Positions 7,400 to 14,822 of a DNA stretch of 64,000 bases are shown here, piece after piece. Below the pieces are notes generated by a model that made no database searches, had not been told where the DNA came from, and saw nothing but the letters and a program-made list of their open reading frames with translations. Origin of the DNA: an uncultured Chloroflexia bacterium (GTDB taxonomy: Bacteria > Chloroflexota > Anaerolineae > Anaerolineales > UBA4823); the NCBI GenBank assembly GCA_963842455.1, contig CAWJHE010000006.1:357624-421623 (forward strand). Reading direction: 5' to 3'. Both the position numbers and the translations under genes were made by a program. The stretch's first letter is position 1. Every line of letters starts with the position of its first letter.

Positions 7400-8581
7400 A
7401 TGACCTACCAAGGCGATTTTACCTTACCAATCGAGTTGCTGGAACAAATTGCTGTCAGCGGTTTCGACAAACTTCCGGAGTTGATCCGGATTGTCGTCAA
7501 CGCTGCCATGCAAGCTGAACGTCAGCAGTATCTCGGAGCAGCACCTTACCAACGTACACCTGAACGTTATGATCAGGCTAACGGCTATAAGCCGAAGACG
7601 GTCAAGACCCGCTTGGGAGAGATCACTTTTGATATACCCCAAGTGCGTCAGGGTAGTTTCTATCCTGAAGCACTCGAGAAAGGCCTGCGCAGTGAACGAG
7701 CTCTCACCATGACACTGGCCGAGATGTACATCCAGGGTGTTTCTACTCGCAAGGTGACTGCGATCCTCGAACGACTGTGCGGCACATCGGTGTCATCTAC
7801 TCAGGTGAGCAAGGCAATTGCTTTGCTGGACGAGACCTTGGAAGCCTGGCGTCGCCGGCCATTGAGCGAGTGTCCTTATCTCTTTCTTGATGCCCGCTAT
7901 GAGAAAGTGCGTCAGGATGGCCAGGTGCGCGATGCAGCTGTTTTGATGGCCTGTGGCATCGACTTGAAGGGCAAAAGACAGCTCCTAGGGGTCTCGGTAT
8001 CACTTGGCGAGCATGAAATCCACTGGCGAACCTTCTTAGAAAGCCTGGTGACCAGGGGATTACGGGGTGTCCAGCTCATCATCAGTGATAGTCACGCAGG
8101 ATTGAAGGCTGCGCGCCTGGCTGTTTTTGGTGGAGCACCCTGGCAGCGTTGCCAATTCCACCTGCAGCAAAACGCCAGCGCTTATGTGCCTCGGCGGGCT
8201 ATGCTCACTGAGGTGGCTGCCGATATCCGGGCTATCTTCAATGCTCCCGATCGCACTTCGGCCGAAACTTTCCTGGCAAAAGCCATCCAAAAGTACCAAA
8301 AAAGTGCTTCAAAACTGGCCGCCTGGTTGGAAGGAAACATCCCAGAAGGGCTAACCGTCTTTGCCTTCCCGGTTGCTCACCGGCGTTTGATCCGCACCAC
8401 AAACGGTTTGGAGCGAGTGAGCCGTGAAGTTCATCGCCGCACGCGGGTGGCGGGGATCTTTCCTAACGAAGCAGCTTGCTTGCGTCTGGTCAGTGCGATC
8501 TTGATGGAGATTGATGACGCCTGGCAGGCTGGGAAGGTGTACCTGACTTTTGAGAGAGAAGATGAGATGCCGCAGTCGTAG
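7400..8581 (+). CDS. IS256-family (mutator-type) transposase
   Basis: ORF 7343-8581. The ATG at 7400 is preceded by aaaggag. Typical IS256 sequence: GYKPKTVKTRLGEITFDIPQVR, YLFLDARYEKVR, LIISDSHAGL, RTTNGLERVSREV. Confidence 0.9.
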   Translation: MTYQGDFTLPIELLEQIAVSGFDKLPELIRIVVNAAMQAERQQYLGAAPYQRTPERYDQANGYKPKTVKTRLGEITFDIPQVRQGSFYPEALEKGLRSERALTMTLAEMYIQGVSTRKVTAILERLCGTSVSSTQVSKAIALLDETLEAWRRRPLSECPYLFLDARYEKVRQDGQVRDAAVLMACGIDLKGKRQLLGVSVSLGEHEIHWRTFLESLVTRGLRGVQLIISDSHAGLKAARLAVFGGAPWQRCQFHLQQNASAYVPRRAMLTEVAADIRAIFNAPDRTSAETFLAKAIQKYQKSASKLAAWLEGNIPEGLTVFAFPVAHRRLIRTTNGLERVSREVHRRTRVAGIFPNEAACLRLVSAILMEIDDAWQAGKVYLTFEREDEMPQS

Positions 8582-8586
8582 TAGTA

Positions 8587-8640
8587 GTTGTGGAAAAGTG
8601 GGCAGGGTTCTTCTGTCCACTTTTCCACAACTGGTTTTCA
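8587..8640 (+). terminator. Intrinsic terminator after the transposase gene
   Basis: 15-bp perfect stem gttgtggaaaagtgg / ccacttttccacaac (8587-8631), followed by tggttttcaagttttt. Confidence 0.7.
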
Positions 8641-8700
8641 AGTTTTTAATGTGCTTTACAAGCTTCCGCAGGAAGCCAGACTACTTTTACAGAAAAATAC

Positions 8701-9567
8701 TTGCACAATCAATGGGAAATTCCAAAATACAAATACAATAATGAAAATCGAACAATAGGAACTGAGATTGTTGGTGAATACATTCAATTTCCGTTGATAT
8801 TAGCATGGTCTGTCACTATCCACAAAAGTCAGGGTTTGACTTTTGACGATCTGATAATAGACCTTGAAAGAGGGGCTTTTACTTATGGTCAAGTGTATGT
8901 CGCACTAAGCCGAGCTAAATCTTTAGAAGGAATATTTCTTCAAAAGCCTATAAGTTCTTTTGATATTAAGGTTGATATTCAGATTAGTCGTTTTTTTGGA
9001 AAAATTAAATTTCTAGGCAAGAACCAAATTAAGGATTTAATTAATACTTGGGAGTTAAAAAATGTAACTCAAGAAGCCGGATTTAATAAAAATGAGTCAA
9101 CTTTTCCTGTAGAAAATATTCCCAATCAAATTGGGAATTTGTCACATCAGGATGCCAGTGACCATTCTAAACTACCTGATGGTAAATCCACTCATTTGTT
9201 GAGTAATCACAATGAAACTTTGCCCAAGACCCTAAGAGAACCAAGTTTTCAAAATTATTTTAATAATAGCGCCCCAAAATTAAGAAGAGTATGTAGATAT
9301 TCTGAAAAAACTCGTATTTTCCTAGCTATTGGCATAGCACTTGTGGCATTATTTTTTTACCAATTTTTGGCGTCAACTGTTTTTGTTAAAGAAAGAATAA
9401 ATCCAACACAACAGCCTTCAGGGGTGATTGTTATAACACCTACAATTGTTAGAATTAAACCTTCTCAGAATCGCCATCACATCTACCTCAACGGAAAAAT
9501 TCAATTCCACACCCACTCCCAAACCAGAAAATACTTCTATTCAAGGTTGCCTATATTCTGTATCTAG
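8701..9567 (+). pseudogene. 5'-truncated Pif1/RecD-like helicase remnant (C-terminal motifs only) continuing into a linker and TM segment
   Basis: [38 protein letters not shown] is the C-terminal motif V/VI region of an SF1 helicase. The ATPase N-terminal ~350 aa are absent and the ORF starts 2 nt after the IS right end. A hydrophobic stretch [23 protein letters not shown] occurs later. Confidence 0.6.
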
Positions 9568-9766
9568 TTTGTCAATCCGAGAATGCCCTGGAATAAATTA
9601 CATAGTGATTGGTTATCTCTTGAACGGTGAATGTGTAGAAATAATAGGCAAGGATGAAACAAACACCTGGATAGCTTTGGAAGGTGGAGGTTGGGTAAAT
9701 GCTTATTATTTAGAAATTAATGATGATTTAAAAATGCTTCCTATATTAGGCTGCTTATTGGATTGA
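9446..9766 (+). CDS. SH3b-like domain ORF, probably the frameshifted continuation of 8701-9567
   Basis: [43 protein letters not shown] looks like a bacterial SH3 domain. Lies in the +1 frame relative to the upstream TM-containing ORF, with a 120-nt overlap. Confidence 0.4.
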   Translation: MLELNLLRIAITSTSTEKFNSTPTPKPENTSIQGCLYSVSSLSIRECPGINYIVIGYLLNGECVEIIGKDETNTWIALEGGGWVNAYYLEINDDLKMLPILGCLLD

Positions 9767-9940
9767 TATATTAAAAGAAAAGCATAGTTGAAATCCATTG
9801 TCCTGAATATATGTTCAAAGTGTACATTTTAAGAAGGTATATACTTTAACAAGCGATATGATGCGCAAGTTGCCGAAGAGCAGAATTTTAAAAATGGTTT
9901 ATTAATTCTTAGTAGCAAAAACTATAGGTGAAGGATTCCA

Positions 9941-10567
9941 ATGCCTCAAGATTTTACAAGAATGCGTGATGAGGGAAGTAATAGTCCATTTGTCGCCAGG
10001 ATGTTTGTTGGAATTTTAGAAATCAGAGATTTGATCTTAATGACCAATAATGACCCAAGAAATATCCAGATCACGAGACAGCAATTTGACAAGTTATACG
10101 AACCTATTAGAAATTCATTGGAAATGTCATTAATTTCCGCAAGGACTATGGCGCAGTTACATAATGAGTTGCGTTATTTGGGTTTAAAAGGTGAATTAAT
10201 TAAAAACAGCACTGACGGAGGCAGAATCTTCATTAATAATAAGGGACCAATTCTTAAGAAGGAATTTCACTCTGTAGTTGAACATGCATCAATTGCCATA
10301 AAAACTTATTTGCCAAAATTGCTGACTGAAATTTTTGGTTTTGATATTGGATTTTTATATCAGAAAGAAAAAGAATTCCACAAAAGAATTAATGAACTAA
10401 GATCAGATAAGCTAGATCCCCTTGGTGACTATTTATTTTCTGTTAGATTTTGGACCAACCAATTGATTGGTGAATTGTGGAATCAGATGAAACACACTTA
10501 TTGGAAAATGGACGATCCTAAGCTCATAGTGATAGAAGCCAATAGAGTACAATGTTTTAATTCCTGA
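9941..10567 (+). CDS. hypothetical protein (AT-rich island), probably continues in 10536-10805 after a 1-nt frame break
   Basis: 208-aa ORF with no recognisable motif. The +1 frame is open from 10536 and overlaps the ORF end. Confidence 0.4.
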   Translation: MPQDFTRMRDEGSNSPFVARMFVGILEIRDLILMTNNDPRNIQITRQQFDKLYEPIRNSLEMSLISARTMAQLHNELRYLGLKGELIKNSTDGGRIFINNKGPILKKEFHSVVEHASIAIKTYLPKLLTEIFGFDIGFLYQKEKEFHKRINELRSDKLDPLGDYLFSVRFWTNQLIGELWNQMKHTYWKMDDPKLIVIEANRVQCFNS

Positions 10568-10589
10568 AATTATTGGTACCCCGATAGAT

Positions 10590-10805
10590 TTGTTGTCTTT
10601 TAAAATTATCAATCGCTGCTGTTTGTTAGTTGAGGATTTGATTGTTTATGGATTTCAATTTCATAGATCGACACCGATCATAATGATGGAAATTGAAAGC
10701 AGCAATAGAAAGGAATACGGAAACAAACGTTTCACTCCTTCTCCAAAATTTCCAGGAATGCGACCTACATTTCATGAATTTGTGGAGGAATTCGAGATTA
10801 GCTGA
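10590..10805 (+). CDS. hypothetical protein fragment (likely C-terminal part of the 9941 ORF)
   Basis: Frame open from 10536 (KPIEYNVLIPEIIGTPIDLLSFKII...). No independent RBS seen. Confidence 0.3.
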   Translation: MLSFKIINRCCLLVEDLIVYGFQFHRSTPIIMMEIESSNRKEYGNKRFTPSPKFPGMRPTFHEFVEEFEIS

Positions 10806-10834
10806 TTCAATCGACCATCGTCTCCTCGTCATCA

Positions 10835-10957
10835 ACCAACACACATCCTCATCTCCATCCATACTCCAAATCCAAACACAGCTCCACACCAGACAAGCCT
10901 TGCGGTGGGCAGCTGAGCGCCTGTATCAGGCGCGTCCAATAGTTGACCTGGGTGGAA
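10835..10957 (-). repeat. Displaced, diverged copy of the 3' end of the CMD-family gene (att-like direct repeat, copy A)
   Basis: ccacaccagacaagccttgcggtgggcagctgagcgcctgtatcaggcgcgtccaatagttgacctgggtgg aligns with 13017-13092 with about 10% mismatches. The minus-strand translation TQVNYWTRLIQALSCPPQGLSGVELCLDLEYGWR* parallels the CMD C-terminus. Confidence 0.75.
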
Positions 10958-11323
10958 AATGGTTTTTCTGGATCGTCTTGTGGCCTCTTGGCGACTCCAC
11001 CAGCGGCAACGTTCACAGAGAGCTAATTTGGTGGCAGGTCAAGTTAGGATTAATCTGACCGACTGTGGTCTGGATGGTAATCACTGTCAGCATCACATCC
11101 GACTCAACAAGCCGGTCGGTCTACAACAAGTTGTCCTTAGCCTTAGTATCCAACACTAGGAGAGAGATGAACAAGTTGAAATACATCTTGCGAATTTGCA
11201 AGTAATGGAGGAAAGCTATGCTAGAAAAGTTGCCTGGTAGGTATTGGGTTGCACATTACATTAGATAATTAAGAAATAGCAAGGTAGATCTGATGAAACA
11301 GAGAAAGCAAGTTAAACCTTTGT

Positions 11324-11332
11324 TGGTATAAT
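11324..11332 (+). promoter_or_regulatory. Possible extended -10 promoter (TGgTATAAT) for the FGE-domain gene
   Basis: tggtataat lies 45 nt upstream of ATG 11377. No good -35 element. Confidence 0.3.
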
Positions 11333-11376
11333 CTCATCAATCTGGTTCACCATCTCGAATTCATGGAGATGAAATA

Positions 11377-12738
11377 ATGAAGGGGTTTTTACTAAATGCA
11401 CTTTTTCTTCTGATTTTTGCGGGAACGGTGACCGAGTGTGGTATAAGATCGTCGGCGAATGAGGCTTGGGAATTAACAAAAATCATCACAAAGGGAGAGA
11501 GCTATAATTCTCAAGAAGATATTATTGAAGTGAAACATTGCGATGGTCTTCCCGAAAAGAAGAGCTTTGGTTGCACTGCTGGTAAAGTAGCCAATATTGG
11601 GTTCAGTGTTGGGGGAAATTTTGGAGTAAGTAATGTCGCTTCTATTTCTTCTGAAGTATCAAGTGAATTAGGATTTGAGCAAGGACAAAGCGAGACCCTT
11701 GATTTAGAAACCCCTCCGAGTGGGCACATTTATAAATACAAAATACTTACGAGTTACAAAGTATTGTCGGGAGAAGGCGAAGCGTACTCAGACAAAGGGG
11801 GAAAAGCGAAAGTCACATATGTTTTTAAGGCATCATGTAAACTGGAAATTGTTCCGCCGAGAGAAGATATTTTCTGTAAGGGCTCCGATACCACTACTTC
11901 TATCACTGTATCACCAGCTGTGCAAGCACAATCTATCCAAGAACCAACTACGACTGAGGTCCTATCAATTGCACAAGAACCATCTGTGTCTGAAACCCTA
12001 CCACCTCTTGACGGTTCAGAAGAATCACAATCAAAAGATGGAATGGAACTTATTTACATCCCTTCTGGAAAGTTTGTAATGGGAGCTGGGAATTCAGATA
12101 GTGGCGCTTACGAGAGCGAAATGCCACAAAATACAATATCTCTAGACAGTTATTGGATTGATAAATATGAAATTACAAATGCAATGTACAAATTGTGTGT
12201 ACAAGCATCGGTTTGTAGTCCACCATCGGATTTTCAATCATCTACTCACTCGAGTTATTACGGAAATTCCAGATATGATCAATATCCGGTAATAAATATC
12301 ACTTGGTTTGATGCAAATACTTATTGCAAATGGGCTGGGAGGCGACTCCCCACCGAAGCTGAGTGGGAAAAAGCTGCTCGGGGTACAGATGCTAGAATTT
12401 TTCATTGGGGGAATGAATTTGGAGGCAATCTAGCTAATTACAACAACAACAAGTTGGATACAACGCAAGTTGGTTCGTTCCCTGGTGGGTCAAGTTTTTT
12501 TGGACTCTTAGATATGGCTGGCAACGTTTGGGAATGGGTAGCCGATTGGTACCAAGCTTCATATTATAAAGAAATGCCACTGCAGAACCCAACTGGACCT
12601 TCAAGCGGTTCAAGAAAAATAGTGCGAGGCGGTGGCTTTAAATCTACATATTTCTATTTGCGTATTAGCTACCGATTTGGCTGGGACCCTGAATATTACG
12701 ATAACAATATTGGTTTTCGTTGTGCTTCTACACCGTGA
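11377..12738 (+). CDS. secreted/lipoprotein with a C-terminal formylglycine-generating-enzyme (FGE/SUMF1) domain and an unknown N-terminal domain
   Basis: Signal peptide MKGFLLNALFLLIFAGTVTEC. C-terminal motifs MELIYIPSGKFVMG, YWIDKYEITNAMY, VINITWFDANTYCKWAGRRLPTEAEWEKAARG, LDMAGNVWEWVADW, VRGGGF, IGFRCA. Confidence 0.8.
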   Translation: MKGFLLNALFLLIFAGTVTECGIRSSANEAWELTKIITKGESYNSQEDIIEVKHCDGLPEKKSFGCTAGKVANIGFSVGGNFGVSNVASISSEVSSELGFEQGQSETLDLETPPSGHIYKYKILTSYKVLSGEGEAYSDKGGKAKVTYVFKASCKLEIVPPREDIFCKGSDTTTSITVSPAVQAQSIQEPTTTEVLSIAQEPSVSETLPPLDGSEESQSKDGMELIYIPSGKFVMGAGNSDSGAYESEMPQNTISLDSYWIDKYEITNAMYKLCVQASVCSPPSDFQSSTHSSYYGNSRYDQYPVINITWFDANTYCKWAGRRLPTEAEWEKAARGTDARIFHWGNEFGGNLANYNNNKLDTTQVGSFPGGSSFFGLLDMAGNVWEWVADWYQASYYKEMPLQNPTGPSSGSRKIVRGGGFKSTYFYLRISYRFGWDPEYYDNNIGFRCASTP

Positions 12739-12807
12739 GAAAAACGCGATTATTTAAGGTGTAAAGTAAATTCGGAAAAAAACTGGGAAAAGTTCAGGTG
12801 GTGAACT

Positions 12808-12921
12808 ATGGATTTGAAAATGAAATATACCGCCAAACAGAAATCCCATAACGTGCTTGAGGTGTACAAAGAAGAACCTCTGAAGACAAAAACAGCATCG
12901 GATTATGGCATTTTTTCCTAA
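12808..12921 (+). pseudogene. 37-codon ORF resembling the N-terminus of a transposase/HTH protein (remnant)
   Basis: Own translation MDLKMKYTAKQKSHNVLEVYKEEPLKTKTASDYGIFS*. Loosely resembles the IS3-type OrfA start (MKYTAEQK...YGI). Too short to be confident. Confidence 0.25.
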
Positions 12922-12974
12922 GTATCATAATGGTGCTAAGGGCTGGCGTTGGAAGACCAATCGGCCGCTCCCTC

Positions 12975-13092
12975 CAATCCTCAACCCCGAATCACCTCTC
13001 CACATCCAAATACAACCCCACACCAGACAAACCCTGCGGTGGGCAGCCGAGCGCCTGGATCAGGCGCGTCCAGTAGTTGACCTGGGCGGCGG
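12975..13092 (-). repeat. att-like direct repeat, copy B (functional 3' end of the CMD-family gene plus ~20 bp downstream)
   Basis: Aligns with 10835-10957 (see copy A). Confidence 0.75.
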
Positions 13093-13585
13093 TGGTAGCT
13101 AATATCACGATTTCGCGCTCATTGAAATGCTGCTTCAGCTCAGCGATATGCGCACGTGGAAAGTTCAAGGGCGTGCTGGAGATCAGCCGGGCGTATTCAA
13201 TCGCCAGGCTTTCTCTTTTGCTGAACGAGGGGATTTCTTCTACCGGCTTACGACCTTGCAGCGCGGCCAGCTCCTCGGGGGTGATCAGCTTTTCCCAACC
13301 GGCCGAATTCATATCCACGCAAAACGGGCAGCCGGCGGTGAAGGATACGGCCATGCGTACCAGCTTTAAAATCCGTTCATCGAGCTGGCCATCCTGATGG
13401 GCAATCAGACCCTCGAGCACAGCCGAGCTGACAGCCGCCTTGGGATACCAGGCCAGCAGCCGGGCCGGCAGCAGGTCCTCACCGCTGATGCGGCGAGCCA
13501 CCCACAAACCCAGGCGCAGGTACCAGGGGATTTTGGCTGGGGGTGAGATAAAGGCTGGATTGGTTGAGGTGGGTGAATGGATCAT
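12992..13585 (-). CDS. carboxymuconolactone decarboxylase (AhpD-like) family protein
   Basis: 197-aa ORF with the CPFCVDMN (CxxC) motif in an all-helical context typical of the CMD family. Confidence 0.7.
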   Translation of the reverse strand: MIHSPTSTNPAFISPPAKIPWYLRLGLWVARRISGEDLLPARLLAWYPKAAVSSAVLEGLIAHQDGQLDERILKLVRMAVSFTAGCPFCVDMNSAGWEKLITPEELAALQGRKPVEEIPSFSKRESLAIEYARLISSTPLNFPRAHIAELKQHFNEREIVILATTAAQVNYWTRLIQALGCPPQGLSGVGLYLDVER

Positions 13586-13695
13586 TTTTTTGTCCTAATA
13601 AGGCGGTTGACATATCCGATTGTTGGAAACCCTATCTAAATCATGATTGAGTCGATAAGCTCCGAAGGTAGATACTGAGACGAATATTACCACTT

Positions 13696-13912
13696 CTTTT
13701 TTGATCTCTCGCAAAGCTCGCCAAGTACGCAAAGCTTTCTTTTTTTGAAAATTCATCATAATGATCATTTTGCATAGCCCTCGAAGTGTAATGAGCCATT
13801 TTGATCTCTCGCAGAGACGCAGAGATCGCAGAGCTGCTGAGGCCGCGTAGCTTTTCTTTGGTGATTGTTTATTTCATAATTCATTTTAATGGTTCAAGAG
13901 GCGCGATTAGCT
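13696..13912 (+). repeat. Dispersed intergenic repeat, copies C1 and C2 (tandem)
   Basis: C1: ttttttgatctctcgcaaagctcgccaagtacgcaaag..gatcattttgcatagccctcgaagtgtaatgagc. C2: ttttgatctctcgcagagacgcagagatcgcagag..ttcattttaatggttcaagaggcgcgattagc. Confidence 0.8.
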
Positions 13913-13949
13913 TATACTTATATAGAATTTCCTATTTAGGGAGGCAACT

Positions 13950-14505
13950 ATGACCGAGACACCGGAATACAGCGTACTAAAGAAGGATGGGGCGTTTGAG
14001 TTGCGCCGGTACCCTGGCTATGTCAAAGCTGAAGTGACGGTCAAGGACTCGAGTTATCGCAGTGCAGTATTCAAAGGCTTTTCGATCCTAGCTAACTACA
14101 TTTTTGGGGATAATACCAGGGTTGAGAAGATGGCGATGACTGCCCCGGTCCAGGTTTCGCAATCGGAAAAAATTGCCATGACAGCCCCGGTGACGATCAG
14201 CGGCGCGGGGAATTACCAGGTCAGCTTCATTATGCCTTCGAAATACACGCTTGAGACTTTACCCTTGCCCAAAGATCAGCAAATTCGCTTCGTTGACGAA
14301 CCTGAACATCTTATGGCGGCCATGCGCTTTACGGGTTTTTATCGGGAAAGCAAGATCAATCAATGCCAGGCGCAAGTTGAGCAATTGGATTGAAAAAGAG
14401 GATCTCATCCCGGAGGGTGAATTCATCACGGCAGGGTACAACCCACCCTGGGTGCCGGCTTTCCTGGCCCGCAGCGAGGTGATGATCAGGGTGCAACCAA
14501 AATGA
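13950..14505 (+). pseudogene. SOUL heme-binding family protein, interrupted by a +1 frame break near 14356-14364
   Basis: ORF 13950-14393 (YSVLKKDGAFELRRYPGY...MTAPV..MTAPV) continues in ORF 14251-14505 (RRKLSNWIEKEDLIPEGEFITAGYNPPWVPAFLARSEVMIRV). Removing one base (or the tcaa duplication) in gatcaatcaatgcc restores ..ESKIN(Q)ARRKLSNW.. Confidence 0.75.
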
Positions 14506-14620
14506 GGGATGACATGCTACCACTCTTCAAAGTGCAGCCTTAGATGCACCCTTCACGAGACTTTTGGGGTGGAAACTGAGTCTTTGACGGGTTTGATGAA
14601 TCTGAAGAATAACACCAGGA

Positions 14621-14822
14621 TTTTTTTTGATCTCTCGCTAAGACTGTCATTGCGAACGATCTTAGTGAAGCAATCTAATCTCTCGCAGAGCCGCAAAGTC
14701 CGCAGAGCTTATTTTGAAAGTCTATCTAACAGATCATTTTGCATGACCCACAAGGAGCGATGAGCTTTTTTGAAATTTCATATTATGGATCATTTTTTAT
14801 GACCCACGAAATTTGATGAGCT
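14621..14822 (+). repeat. Dispersed intergenic repeat, copy D (two heads, cattgcgaac module, two tails)
   Basis: ttttttttgatctctcgctaagactgtcattgcgaacgatcttagtgaagcaatctaatctctcgcagagccgcaaagtccgcagag, then gatcattttgcatgacccacaaggagcgatgagc, then ggatcattttttatgacccacgaaatttgatgagc. Confidence 0.8.

Larger units (their letters stand above)
7315..8699 (+). mobile_element. IS256-family insertion sequence (~1.38 kb)
   Basis: Encloses the Transposase_mut-type gene. Imperfect terminal inverted repeats: tattttctgtaaaa (7315-) versus the reverse complement of ttttacagaaaaata (-8699). No flanking direct repeat could be identified. Boundaries are accurate to within a few bp. Confidence 0.65.
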
